Shown here: in pieces, positions 29,629 to 40,538 of the stretch
Numbering within the stretch: position 1 is the first letter of the stretch
Layout of the letters: each line of letters begins with the position of its first letter
NCBI GenBank assembly: GCA_964539665.1
Contig: CAZIKB010000003.1
Coordinates: 60,062 to 124,061 of the forward strand
Direction of reading: 5' to 3'
DNA from: an uncultured Cytophagia bacterium
GTDB taxonomy: Bacteria > Zhuqueibacterota > Zhuqueibacteria > Oceanimicrobiales > Oceanimicrobiaceae
DNA: 64,000 nt
Notes under the pieces: generated by a model
Database searches by the model: none
Told to the model about the DNA's origin: nothing
What the model saw: only the letters and a program-made list of their open reading frames with translations
Translations under genes and position numbers: made by a program

Positions 29629-30785
29629 CCTGTGCAAATCAATCGATTTACATGTTAGGGGTCGCTCAAAAATATAGTTGCTTTCTCGGATTCAAATATC
29701 GCGATAGTAAAATTTCTAATTACAAAAATGCTAAGTGCATAGAGCCGAGGGCAAAGCCGCAAGTTTCACTCTGCGCCACGCGAAAGGTAATGTAATTGCG
29801 TTCAACATGATATTACAATTTATCTACATCACATACGGAATAATGCCGCTGGCTCTTCAACTGTACAGGATCATTTAGTTATATGATGCTAATCTTATAA
29901 ACTTTCCATTTGTTGTAATTACTAAGCTTACTGTTGAGGCTGTCAAAAAAGTTTTCGTTTTCAGCTAACTTCATGCTGAATCCCGAAGGTTTTGAAGTAA
30001 ATTGGGCACTGTTTCAAGCCTTTTGTTGCATTTAAAAGTTGAATTTAGATATCGAATCAAACCTTCGGGAGGTTAGGTTGACGCCAATGCGAAGTGAATT
30101 CAGGAAAGCATATTGATAATTAGTGACTTAGGTGTCTTTCTGATCCGCTCATGATGAAGCCAAATTAATTTATCAACAATCTCGTTAGGCGTATATTGTT
30201 AGTTGACCAATATGTTTTATTCTAAATATTCAACTGCTGCGAACTTAAAGCTAATTTGGCGCAGCATTTGCAACAGTGCTGGTGATTTATTTTGCATTCG
30301 CTTGTAACCTTACTTCATTGTATGCTTTTTAAAAGTTACTTTATTTTTGACCGGTATTATGAAACACATCCTGAACCAGTCGATTCGGTTATTTAAGTTG
30401 TTAATAGTTGAATTTATAAAGTTTAGGATAATACTACAGAGTGTACCTGTGAATTAAAGATATACTATATTTATTGATAGTAAATAATTTTGAAATGCAA
30501 TAAATAATAAGTATTATACAGCATATTATGAGTAAATTGCTCAATATACAACACATGTACATTATTGAAACACTGATCAATTGTCGGGACGTGTTTCAAA
30601 GCTAATTTATTATTAACAAGAAATAATTTATAAGGTGATTTAACACAATATTATTTAGAAAGTAACACCATTGCCGATATATTTCATGAGAAGCGTTCTG
30701 GGTCACATATAAAACAGGTAAATCCTCTACCTTTGCAGAGTGCATTATTTCCAACTGGGCTGAAGATAAAAATACAAAATTTGAA

Positions 30786-32477
30786 ATGCTTCAATTAAAT
30801 AAATATCTAAATTTGAAAAAAAATAATAAAAATAAATCAGTGCAATTAGTGCTTTTTATTACAGTCGTGGGTATAATCTTTCGATTATTTCTAATGCGCT
30901 ATAGATTTGCTGTTGGATTTGATGAAGTTAATTATTTAAAACTTGGAGTGAGCGGTCACTTGAACGGATTATCCGATATTCTACATACTTACTGGTCACC
31001 GCTTCTACCGATGCTAATTTCATTCTCGAGTGGAATTTTTGATAATTATGAATTTGCTGGTCGTATTATATCAATTTTAGCCGGAACATTATTAGTAATT
31101 CCGGTTTATAGCCTGGGCAAATATGTTTATGATGAGAAAATCGGACTGATTGCGGCTGGATTTGTTGCTATTTATCCACCATTGGCTTTTCAAGCAACGA
31201 ATGTCAAGACAGAACCTGTTTATATGCTTTTCGCAATCATTGCAATTATTTTTGGCCTGCGAATGTTAAATCGAGAATCAAAGGGATTTGCCTTTCTTGC
31301 CGGATTATTTTCAGGTTTAGCTTATCTTACCCATCCCCAGGGTATGGGCTTTTGTATTGTGATTGCGTTTTGGATTTTATTTAGTACCTTGTTCAGGCTC
31401 TATGCATTTCGATTTCGACGAATGATTGTGCTGTTCGCTATTTTGAGTTTTGGTTTTATCATTATTGCTGCTCCTTATTTAATTTATTTGAAAAAGGCAA
31501 CCGGAGGCTGGACTTTAAGCGCCAAAGGCGCTGCAAATCAGCAAATGGAGGCTCACGTGAGTGAAGAAGGGCAAGATGCGTTTCGAGCGCTGGATGCAAG
31601 TAACAAAAACGTGCTCTTCGATCAAATTTTTCATAAAGGTGATTTCTTGGATGCAACCAATGATGGAACGGATCCTGTGACAGTAGTCAGGCTCGGCCCG
31701 CTCTTTTTCAAGTATATTGAGAACCTGGCAAACATGTTAAAAGGTACAATTCCGGAATTTTTTACTACCCTGCCGATGATTCTTTTGGGAATCGGTTTGT
31801 TTGGAGAAAGATGGCAATCCCAACAAGGCAAAATCATCCTGTATCTTGTAAGCTTCATTGTGTTTTTTTGGTTAATATTAATTCCATTGTTTCATCTCAA
31901 TTTAAGGTACCTTTCACCACTCTGGCCGCTCTGTGCAATATGGATTGCAAAAGGCGCCAGCCACATATATGGTTGGTTAGCATCTTATATGCCGTTGGTA
32001 AACTTTTCGAAGAGATTTGATAACAAATTAAATTCTAATACTGTTGCAGTGGTTATTATTCTTGCAGTTTTTTTTAGTTTGACTTTTCTGCCGGAATTGG
32101 GACGTGTTATATCAAGACGTTCAGATACGAGAGAATACTGGGGTGATGCTGTAGATCAAAAAAAAGCAGGCCTTTGGATAAAAGAAAAAATGCCTGGAGA
32201 TAAGTCAATTATGAGTTATAATCATGCGGTAAGTTTTTATGCCGGCAGCTATGATATTAGCCAATCTATTGAAATTCCTGATAATGGGATAGAACGCATT
32301 TTGAAATACGCAAAGTATAGAAAAGTAAATTTACTTGTTCTAAATGAAAGATATAAAATAGTTTTTCCCAGAATCAATTATTTATTAAGTTCTGAAAATG
32401 TCCCGGATGGACTTGAATTAGTTTATCAGGATATGGATCGTTCAGGACTAAAAACCGTGATATATAAAATATTGTAA
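30786..32477 (+). CDS. GT-C membrane glycosyltransferase (PMT/ArnT-like, second copy)
   Basis: The 563 aa protein has a DE motif in its first loop (GFDEVNYL), more than 10 TM helices and a C-terminal soluble domain. Confidence 0.5.
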   Translation: MLQLNKYLNLKKNNKNKSVQLVLFITVVGIIFRLFLMRYRFAVGFDEVNYLKLGVSGHLNGLSDILHTYWSPLLPMLISFSSGIFDNYEFAGRIISILAGTLLVIPVYSLGKYVYDEKIGLIAAGFVAIYPPLAFQATNVKTEPVYMLFAIIAIIFGLRMLNRESKGFAFLAGLFSGLAYLTHPQGMGFCIVIAFWILFSTLFRLYAFRFRRMIVLFAILSFGFIIIAAPYLIYLKKATGGWTLSAKGAANQQMEAHVSEEGQDAFRALDASNKNVLFDQIFHKGDFLDATNDGTDPVTVVRLGPLFFKYIENLANMLKGTIPEFFTTLPMILLGIGLFGERWQSQQGKIILYLVSFIVFFWLILIPLFHLNLRYLSPLWPLCAIWIAKGASHIYGWLASYMPLVNFSKRFDNKLNSNTVAVVIILAVFFSLTFLPELGRVISRRSDTREYWGDAVDQKKAGLWIKEKMPGDKSIMSYNHAVSFYAGSYDISQSIEIPDNGIERILKYAKYRKVNLLVLNERYKIVFPRINYLLSSENVPDGLELVYQDMDRSGLKTVIYKIL

Positions 32478-32484
32478 ATTAAAA

Positions 32485-33882
32485 ATGACAGGTTTAATAT
32501 TTAATTCAGAAATTGTTTATTTTGGGCTCGTAGTGGTCATTTTTACCCTGGGATTTATAATGTTCTCTAATCACGCTTATTTTCTTTTGGCGGCAGGCAC
32601 AATATCAGCGGCCTTTCAGGGTGGTCTGTGGATTCCGTCATTCAATACAGATTTCTATTTGAGCTTTATTATCTTCAGCATTCTTTTAGTCTATTCCTAT
32701 GTAAATCCTAAAAGCAATAATGGAATACGGTATAATAACAAAGTTATGATCTTTGCCTGGCTTGGTGTATTTCTTTTTTCGATATTTGCCATCACAAAGG
32801 CACTGGATGTAAGCAAGGCACGCCAGGCAATTATCTTGTTTTCTATCGATTTAGTGATATTTTTTGCAATATGGCGAACTGTTCGAACTCCCAAGGATGT
32901 TCAATTTTTTATTGCCTGCCTAATAGCAGCTTTAATTGTTCAGAGTATGATTGGTATGCTGCAATACAAAATCCCACTTTTTAAAATTGGCATTATTGAT
33001 CAGGTTCTGGCAGAGGGTAAAACAAAATGGTACCGCGCTAAAGGTACGTTTTATCATCCCAATGGATTTGGAATGTATATAATGATTATGCTGCCCATTG
33101 CGTACCGTGGCTTAATTAACGCATACATGCAAAAAAATATAAAGTGGCGTTTTTATTGTATCGTGGGATTGACATTTGGAATTGTTGCGCTGCTGGCCTC
33201 ATTTAATCGTGGTTCCTGGGCGGGTTTATTTGTTGGATTCTTTATAATGTGTATGGTAGATTTTTTTCGTCGAAAGAAAAAAATTACCAAAGTACTTTCA
33301 AATTTAATTGTTGCTGCCTTTATCTTTGGTACCATAATTTCGATTAAATTTGCCCCGGTTGTGTTAGAACGAATATATGGGGCCGATGCTGATGAACAAG
33401 TTGAAAACAGATCTTCTCAGATGGTTGAGGCAACTGAATTGATTAAGCAAAATCCATTTATAGGAGTAGGGTATGGCAATGATCTATTTTATGCCGCACA
33501 GATATTTGTGCATAACCTTTATTTATTGATCGCTGCTGAAGCTGGCATTCCTGGATTGATCTTTTTCTTATGGTTTTTGATTGAATTATTTAGGGAAACC
33601 TGGAGGACAAGCGGATCGCAAATTATCTATTGTGCTAATTACTCTCGTGGTTTTATCGCATCACTAATAGGTTTTTGTATTTCTTCCTGGGTAGGTCCCG
33701 ATTTTTGGATACATTATGGAGTTCAATCATATTTCTGGCTTTTAGTTAGTCTTGTGTTTGTTGTAGGGCGGTTAGATCGAAATTTAATATATAAACAAAA
33801 AATGATGCAAAAGCGACAAAGAGAGACGGTTGCACACAATAACATACCAGTTTTGATGAGTACAAGCGGATATCCTAAATAA
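32485..33882 (+). CDS. O-antigen ligase/polymerase-like membrane protein (Wzy_C domain)
   Basis: The 465 aa protein has 10-12 TM helices and a large periplasmic loop with SFNRGSWAG and H...R motifs typical of WaaL/Wzy. Confidence 0.55.
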   Translation: MTGLIFNSEIVYFGLVVVIFTLGFIMFSNHAYFLLAAGTISAAFQGGLWIPSFNTDFYLSFIIFSILLVYSYVNPKSNNGIRYNNKVMIFAWLGVFLFSIFAITKALDVSKARQAIILFSIDLVIFFAIWRTVRTPKDVQFFIACLIAALIVQSMIGMLQYKIPLFKIGIIDQVLAEGKTKWYRAKGTFYHPNGFGMYIMIMLPIAYRGLINAYMQKNIKWRFYCIVGLTFGIVALLASFNRGSWAGLFVGFFIMCMVDFFRRKKKITKVLSNLIVAAFIFGTIISIKFAPVVLERIYGADADEQVENRSSQMVEATELIKQNPFIGVGYGNDLFYAAQIFVHNLYLLIAAEAGIPGLIFFLWFLIELFRETWRTSGSQIIYCANYSRGFIASLIGFCISSWVGPDFWIHYGVQSYFWLLVSLVFVVGRLDRNLIYKQKMMQKRQRETVAHNNIPVLMSTSGYPK

Positions 33883-33946
33883 GTGGATTTTGTGCAATGC
33901 GTTATTCTCAAATTTATTTTCACATTTTTAGACGGTTAATACACGA

Positions 33947-35746
33947 ATGAAGGAGTACAGTATGGCAATTCTCTCTTTTAGTAATGAGCATGAAGCTGGT
34001 GCGGCAATTATCAGGCATGGTAAAATTGTTGCCGCGATTAATGAGGAACGACTTACCCGGGTAAAAAATCAAGATGGATTCCCAAATCTATCAATTGCTT
34101 ACGTACTTCAGAAATCTAACTTGCGACCAAATGATATTAATCATGTTATTATACCTGAAATTAGTAAAATACGCGATATTTTTACGAATGTTCTTGTGCA
34201 ATATCCACTAAATGTATTCTATAAATCACCTGGAATGCAGTGCAGTTTTACAGATTATCTACGTCAATTACTATTATCAGGTTATATTTTAGTTAGAACC
34301 TATGCGCGAGTTCTACTTGACCATCGAAGAGATGAAAAACTGCTGCGAAAGATGTTCCCGAGGGCTGAATTTCACCGATTGAACCATCATCTATCTCATG
34401 CCGCTTCAACTTTTTTCACCAGTGGTTTTGAAAAAGCAATGATTATTACAGCCGATTATTGGGGAGACTTTACAACAACTATGGTTTCAATTGGCGAAGG
34501 TAAGAAAATTCGTCCTGTGGAACAAAGCTATTATCCGCATTCGTTAGGACATTACTACGCCAGTTTAACTAATTGGCTTGGCTTTCGTCCGAACCGGCAT
34601 GAAGGTAAAATCCTTGGTCTGGCAGCAATGGGCGATCCTGAATCTCCGGTTTATGATATGATCAAGGATTTATTGATTTGTGATGGACTTAAAATAAAAG
34701 CGCCCTTCATGATTGGTAAAATGTGGCATAAAAATGTTCGATGGTTCAAGAACTGTTTAATGCGCCAAATGGTTGATAATTATTCACGTGAAGATATATC
34801 TGCTGCATTCCAGCGCAGGTTTGAGGAAGTATTTGTTGAATTGGTTAAAAATGCGGTGAAGCAGTTTGGTCTGAAAAATATAGCATTAGCTGGTGGTGCG
34901 TTTGCAAATGTTAAGCTTAACCAAAATATTTTAGAAGTTGACGGAATAGAAAATATTTATATTTATCCGAACATGAGCGATGGCGGTATTTCTCAAGGCG
35001 CAGCATTATACTATGATATTCAATCAAATGGCAGTATGCCGTCGTTACTGACTAATGTTTATTTCGGTCCAAGTTATACCGACGATCAAATCGAGGCGGA
35101 GCTCAAGGAAAGGAATATAAAATATCACAGACATGAAAACATCGAAAAAGAAATAGCTAAATTAATTGCTGAAAGCAATGTGGTGGCACGATTCGCCGGG
35201 GCTATGGAACTCGGTCCACGAGCATTAGGCAATCGTTCCATTCTATACTCCGCGACGGATCCGAAAGTTAATAAATGGCTCAATGCCCGATTGAAGCGAA
35301 CTGAATTTATGCCATTTGCACCCGTGACCCTCGAAGAATATGCTGATAAATGCTACAAAAATTTCAATGGCGCTAAAATAGCATCCAAGTTTATGGTGAT
35401 TACCTTTGACTGCACCGATTTTATGAAAGAAAAATCTCCGGCAACAGTTCATGTGGATGGCACAGCAAGACCGCAAGTTATAAATGAAAAAGACAATCCT
35501 AGCTATTATAATATTCTAAAAGAGTATCATAAACTTACCGGCATTCCAACCCTGGTGAATACCAGTTTTAATATGCACGAAGAACCGATAGTATGTACTC
35601 CTCAGGATGCAATTCGCTCATTTTTACAGGGTACTCTGGATTACCTGGCAATTGGAAATTTCTTAGTGAAAAATAAGGATAAGGAATCACCTGAGAAAGG
35701 ACATGTTGATGAATTAAAGGAAGTCCCTTTCAAAGAATTAGTCTGA
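33947..35746 (+). CDS. NodU/CmcH-family carbamoyltransferase (second copy)
   Basis: It begins MAILSFSNEHEAGAAIIRHGKIV, has the same two-domain architecture as the ORF at 25803, and is 599 aa long. Confidence 0.85.
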   Translation: MKEYSMAILSFSNEHEAGAAIIRHGKIVAAINEERLTRVKNQDGFPNLSIAYVLQKSNLRPNDINHVIIPEISKIRDIFTNVLVQYPLNVFYKSPGMQCSFTDYLRQLLLSGYILVRTYARVLLDHRRDEKLLRKMFPRAEFHRLNHHLSHAASTFFTSGFEKAMIITADYWGDFTTTMVSIGEGKKIRPVEQSYYPHSLGHYYASLTNWLGFRPNRHEGKILGLAAMGDPESPVYDMIKDLLICDGLKIKAPFMIGKMWHKNVRWFKNCLMRQMVDNYSREDISAAFQRRFEEVFVELVKNAVKQFGLKNIALAGGAFANVKLNQNILEVDGIENIYIYPNMSDGGISQGAALYYDIQSNGSMPSLLTNVYFGPSYTDDQIEAELKERNIKYHRHENIEKEIAKLIAESNVVARFAGAMELGPRALGNRSILYSATDPKVNKWLNARLKRTEFMPFAPVTLEEYADKCYKNFNGAKIASKFMVITFDCTDFMKEKSPATVHVDGTARPQVINEKDNPSYYNILKEYHKLTGIPTLVNTSFNMHEEPIVCTPQDAIRSFLQGTLDYLAIGNFLVKNKDKESPEKGHVDELKEVPFKELV

Positions 35747-35761
35747 GAGATTTCGATTCGA

Positions 35762-37219
35762 TTGTGTGACTTTATTATGAGCCGAGAGAACAAGTTTTTT
35801 AAAAATACACTCGCAATTTCGTTAGCACATGGACTGCAACCTTTTCTTTCTTTAGTATTATCGCTGGCAATAGCTCGACTGCTGGGCAAGGAAAGTTTTG
35901 GAGTCTATGCAACTATATTTTATTTGATTGCGATTTTCGAGATGATAAGTTCTTTAGGGGTGAAAACGGTTTTAACTCGCGAAGTAGCAAAAGATAAATC
36001 ATCTGCTTCAAATTACATCACAAGCAGTGTCATAGTTACGTTCGCGTTATCCATACTGGCCATTATTTTACTACATATTACTGTTCGGTCTATCAAGTAT
36101 GATGATATAATTTTGCAACCAGTTTACATCCTGGCCTGGTCTCTGATTGCTTCTGGAATTGCAGATTCTTTAGAAGGAATACTGCAAGGTTTGGAGAAAA
36201 TTCAAGCCATCGCGAGCGCCTGGATGATTGAGCAGATACTACGTGTGGCCGTAAGTCTCTTTATTATCTACAATGGATATGGCATAATTGAATTGGCGCT
36301 GGTTTATGCTGTGATACGCTATGTTTACCCTGTGCTTCTTTATTGGATGTTAATGAGGACGACAAAAAAAATAAGGTGGCAGCCGGACTTAAATTTAGTA
36401 AAAAAATTATTTTCAGCAACAAGAGTTTTTGGCCCAATAATGATTTTTGTTTCTGTATACTGGCGAATAGATTCTATTATATTAGCTAAGGTTTTAGATC
36501 TTAAGGATGTAGGCATTTATAATGCCGGCAATAAACTTTTTTGGTTTTTTATTATTCTGGTACGAAGTTTCTTTGCATCTTTTTATCCACTTGTTTCTGA
36601 TATATTTGCTAATCGAGCTTCACGGTTTGAAATTGTATGCAAGAAATCTATATTCTATTTATTGGCCTTACTGGTACCGATTGCTGTATCTATTACACTG
36701 TTTTCCGAACAAATTATAACAACATTGTGGGGCCAACAATACATTGGAGCGGGCACTGTTTTACAAATATTAATTTGGTGTACATTGCCATACGCTGTGT
36801 CCAAAGTGTTCGCGTATGCCTTTATCTCGAGCAATTTGCAGCGTTTTGATCTTTGGGTAAACATTATAGGGGTGGCTTTTAAAGTTACAATATTTACAAT
36901 AATGATAAATTTATATGGAGTTGTAGGTGGAGCCTGGGCAAATTTGATTGGCATGTTTTTTGTAGTGGTGATACAGTTGCCATTTGTTATGAATTATTTA
37001 TTTAAGTTTGAACTCAGTTCTATGTTAATGCCTTGTGTAAAACTTTTAATTGCTGTTTTTTCGATGTTTGTAATAGGAAAATTGTTCCCACATGTTAATT
37101 TCATTTTGATGGGAGTCGTAATAAATGTTATTTATTTTGCAACTTTATTTCTAATAAAAGTATTCAATGATGAAGATAAGTTACTTTTTCGTAAGTTATT
37201 ACATCTTAGCAGGACATAG
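35762..37219 (+). CDS. MOP/Wzx-family polysaccharide flippase (second copy)
   Basis: The 485 aa protein has about 14 TM helices. Confidence 0.6.
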   Translation: MCDFIMSRENKFFKNTLAISLAHGLQPFLSLVLSLAIARLLGKESFGVYATIFYLIAIFEMISSLGVKTVLTREVAKDKSSASNYITSSVIVTFALSILAIILLHITVRSIKYDDIILQPVYILAWSLIASGIADSLEGILQGLEKIQAIASAWMIEQILRVAVSLFIIYNGYGIIELALVYAVIRYVYPVLLYWMLMRTTKKIRWQPDLNLVKKLFSATRVFGPIMIFVSVYWRIDSIILAKVLDLKDVGIYNAGNKLFWFFIILVRSFFASFYPLVSDIFANRASRFEIVCKKSIFYLLALLVPIAVSITLFSEQIITTLWGQQYIGAGTVLQILIWCTLPYAVSKVFAYAFISSNLQRFDLWVNIIGVAFKVTIFTIMINLYGVVGGAWANLIGMFFVVVIQLPFVMNYLFKFELSSMLMPCVKLLIAVFSMFVIGKLFPHVNFILMGVVINVIYFATLFLIKVFNDEDKLLFRKLLHLSRT

Positions 37220-37248
37220 TAAATAAATATTGCAGGCAGGGAACGTAA

Positions 37249-38628
37249 ATGTCTTTTAAAAAACCAAATATAATTTTAATTATGATAGATTGCGGGCGGG
37301 CTGATCATTTTTCTATTTATAATGATAGTAAAAATACGACTCCAAATTTAAAAAAAATAGCTGCGGAAAGCATGGTTTACAATAATGCTATCTCACCTGC
37401 CGGTTGGACCTTGCCAACCCATTCATCAATATTTACTGGTGTTTATCCCTCGCAACACGGCGCCCACAATGAAAATCATCAACTCTCAAATGAATACCCA
37501 ACGCTTGCAGAATTGCTTGTTGAACAAGGGTACAAGACTTTTGGAATCTGTACTATAGATTGGCTAAGTCAGGCTACCGGAGTAATTAGAGGATTCCAGG
37601 AATTTGATAACTTACATTTTAGTAAGTCAAAATTAATATTGAAAAGAATGTTACAATACCCCATAATTGGCGGGAAGGACTGCTGGGGATATGAAACCAA
37701 CAGAAAAGCGAAAAAATGGCTAAAACAAAATGATTCAGGCAATCCATTTTTTATGTATCTCCATTATAATGAATTGCATCTGCCTTACAACATACCTGAA
37801 AAAATATTGAAGAATTTTTTACCGGAAGATGTGACGGTTGCTAAGGCATTAAAAATTAATCAAGATGCCAAAAAATATTATGCCGGTATTGCAAAAATGA
37901 GTGCAGAGGATTTTAAAATACATAAAGCATTGTATGACGCCGGATTGAAATACACTGACGATTTAATAGGGCAATTGATTGATTTCTTAAGAAAGCAAGA
38001 TATTCTTGATAACACAATTCTTGTCATCACAAGTGACCACGGTGAAAGCTTAGGCGAACACGGACATTTTGACCATTATTACGTCCTTTATGAATCCCTG
38101 CTCCATGTGCCTTTAATGGTTAGATATTTCCCTGTTTTTGGCTCGGGAAAGTCAGATGCGCTTGTGCAAACTATTGATCTATATCCAACTTTATTACAAT
38201 TAGCCGGTGTACCAATTGAAAAATATGAACATCACGCTGCGTTAACCCTTCCCCCGGTTGGAAAAAATAAAGGGCGAGAATATGCGTATGCTGAACGCTT
38301 TCAGGATTTAAAAGGTTTAAAGGAAAGCTTCAAAAATCATGATTTATCACATTTGGAAAAATATGAGCAGGAACGTCTGACTGTTATTAGAGGCGAGCGA
38401 TATAAGCTTATTTATTCTATGCAAGGTCGTCATGAATTGTTCGATTTACACAATGATCCCCGCGAAGAAGAAAATATATTATTAAAAGAACCGGGAATAG
38501 CAGAAATCATGATGGATAAACTAAAAGAGTGGCAATCATCATTTCCATTAAAACAAACAGAAGGAGAAGAAGCATATTTTGATAAAGAGGCTGTTGAACG
38601 TCTAAAAGCATTGGGATATCTTGGTTAA
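37249..38628 (+). CDS. Sulfatase-family (alkaline phosphatase superfamily) protein with Thr at the nucleophile position and a C-terminal ...ERLKALGYLG tail
   Basis: It has a metal-binding IDCGRADH motif, a nucleophile region AGWTLPTHSSIFTGVYP (T-x-P-T-H instead of C-x-P-S-R) and a SDHGESLGEHGH motif. The C-terminus reads VERLKALGYLG. Confidence 0.65.
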   Translation: MSFKKPNIILIMIDCGRADHFSIYNDSKNTTPNLKKIAAESMVYNNAISPAGWTLPTHSSIFTGVYPSQHGAHNENHQLSNEYPTLAELLVEQGYKTFGICTIDWLSQATGVIRGFQEFDNLHFSKSKLILKRMLQYPIIGGKDCWGYETNRKAKKWLKQNDSGNPFFMYLHYNELHLPYNIPEKILKNFLPEDVTVAKALKINQDAKKYYAGIAKMSAEDFKIHKALYDAGLKYTDDLIGQLIDFLRKQDILDNTILVITSDHGESLGEHGHFDHYYVLYESLLHVPLMVRYFPVFGSGKSDALVQTIDLYPTLLQLAGVPIEKYEHHAALTLPPVGKNKGREYAYAERFQDLKGLKESFKNHDLSHLEKYEQERLTVIRGERYKLIYSMQGRHELFDLHNDPREEENILLKEPGIAEIMMDKLKEWQSSFPLKQTEGEEAYFDKEAVERLKALGYLG

Positions 38629-38684
38629 TTAATTATTACTTATCGACTAATCGATCCATGTATTAAAATTTAGCGAAGGTTAAA

Positions 38685-40538
38685 ATGTTTAATTACAATT
38701 CTGATAAAGTTAAATTACCTTATACATTTGCTAAAATGTGCAAAATTAAGGTACAATATTGTTTGGCGATAATGCCATTGTTTATTTTGTTTAATACGTC
38801 TTTTGCTCAAAGCCCGAAGCACAACTATCCTTTAATTGGATGGCAGACTTTTGGTGGAGCGGTCGATGATTTCTATGCTCGATTTGATCTTTTAGTAACA
38901 AAATCTTCAAGTAATGGTTTTGTAAAAAGATTAAAAGGCATAAATCCTGATATGTTAATCGTCTCGACTACAGACTGGAATACCGGGCGAGACATTGATA
39001 ACATGCCAGAGGAATGGTGGTTACGTGATTCAAATGGAAACGTGAAAATAATTTATGGCGGCTTTAAAATGGCGAACCTATCCGATCTTTGCCCAAAAGC
39101 TACACGGGGTGCATTTAGTGGGATGACCTATTCTGAGTATTTGCCTGTATTTTTGTCTAGTAGAATAGATTTAACCTATTTTGATGGAGTCGGTACTAAT
39201 GGCGTCTGGGGAAAGGATGGAATGGAATGGAATTGGAATCGTAATGAATGGTCTGATATTGACATTGATAATAACGGTGTCAATGATCATGATGAACACT
39301 CAAAAGATTGGTTCTTGACTCATTGGCAAGGTGGATTAGATGTCCTCATGTCAAAATTGCGTCAAATGATTGGACCGAATAAACTCCTACTGATAAATAG
39401 CGGGACCTCGCACTCCTGGGGCTGGGAGGAGTCCAATGGCATTATTGATGAAAAATTAACATCGTACTCTGACACTAAATTTAATTTAAATTATTATAAA
39501 GCCATTAAAAATGTGTCACAAAAACCTTTCATTACAGTTGCAGACGGTTTACCTTTTTATGGTAATCCAAATGTGCCGGATGAATCAAAAAATGATTATA
39601 TTGGTATGCGTTTTGGACTTGTAACCTGTATGTTTAATGATATATATTTCAGTTTTCAGAATATCCGGGCCAATGAACATTACTGGAGTTATTGGTATGA
39701 TGAATTTGATGTTAATCTCGGCAAACCAATTGGCCGCCCTTCTAAAATAAGAGAAGGACTTTGGGTGCGATTTTTTGATAACGGTGTTGCAATAGCGAGT
39801 ACAGATGGCTATTCTCAGGTTGTAACTGATTCTGATTTAAAAGGATTCTCTGAATATAGCGGACCTTATTATAGGTTCCTGGGAAGCCAAAATCCATCTT
39901 TCAACAACGGTCAAATATTCGATAGAGTAGAACTTGATGGACACATTCAGAGCTCAAGTAGAATTTTTGGTGATGGCATTTTATTGTTAAAAGAGCCAAC
40001 AGTTGTTGTTGCTGATATTATCATTGATAACAGTGATGCCGGTACTTCCCCATCAAGTTCTAAGGCTAAATTGAAAAATGGTTTTGTTCTTCAAACAGAC
40101 TGTAAATCTGGCTATGATTTTTACAAGTTACGCTGCTCAAGCTGGCAGGAAGTATACGGCTATGCCTATGCCCCGTCAGGAAACGGCGAAGCAATTTATC
40201 GCCCCAATATCGGCGTGGCGGGCGAGTATGAAGTATTCGAGTGGCATGGTAAAATGGATGGCGTTAATATGGCCACAAATGCAGTGTACAATATACTGCA
40301 TTCGAATGGACAGGATAGCAAACGAGTTAATCAATCTAATAACACCGGCCACTGGAATAGCCTGGGAGTTTATCAATTCAGAAAGGGCAGCGACCTTAAT
40401 GTGACAATAAAGGCACAAGGCGCGGATGGTTATGTAATGGCAGACGCTATTAAGTTTGTTAATCTTAGTTCAAAAGTAGAGCCTCCAGCGAATCTGTTGC
40501 CTCCGATTGGTGTTCGTGTGCAACAAAATAATAACTAA
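38685..40538 (+). CDS. Secreted glycoside-hydrolase-like protein with a C-terminal beta-sandwich (carbohydrate-binding-like) domain
   Basis: The protein is 617 aa with a signal peptide (MPLFILFNTSFAQS). The C-terminal domain contains ADAIKFV. Confidence 0.35.
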   Translation: MFNYNSDKVKLPYTFAKMCKIKVQYCLAIMPLFILFNTSFAQSPKHNYPLIGWQTFGGAVDDFYARFDLLVTKSSSNGFVKRLKGINPDMLIVSTTDWNTGRDIDNMPEEWWLRDSNGNVKIIYGGFKMANLSDLCPKATRGAFSGMTYSEYLPVFLSSRIDLTYFDGVGTNGVWGKDGMEWNWNRNEWSDIDIDNNGVNDHDEHSKDWFLTHWQGGLDVLMSKLRQMIGPNKLLLINSGTSHSWGWEESNGIIDEKLTSYSDTKFNLNYYKAIKNVSQKPFITVADGLPFYGNPNVPDESKNDYIGMRFGLVTCMFNDIYFSFQNIRANEHYWSYWYDEFDVNLGKPIGRPSKIREGLWVRFFDNGVAIASTDGYSQVVTDSDLKGFSEYSGPYYRFLGSQNPSFNNGQIFDRVELDGHIQSSSRIFGDGILLLKEPTVVVADIIIDNSDAGTSPSSSKAKLKNGFVLQTDCKSGYDFYKLRCSSWQEVYGYAYAPSGNGEAIYRPNIGVAGEYEVFEWHGKMDGVNMATNAVYNILHSNGQDSKRVNQSNNTGHWNSLGVYQFRKGSDLNVTIKAQGADGYVMADAIKFVNLSSKVEPPANLLPPIGVRVQQNNN

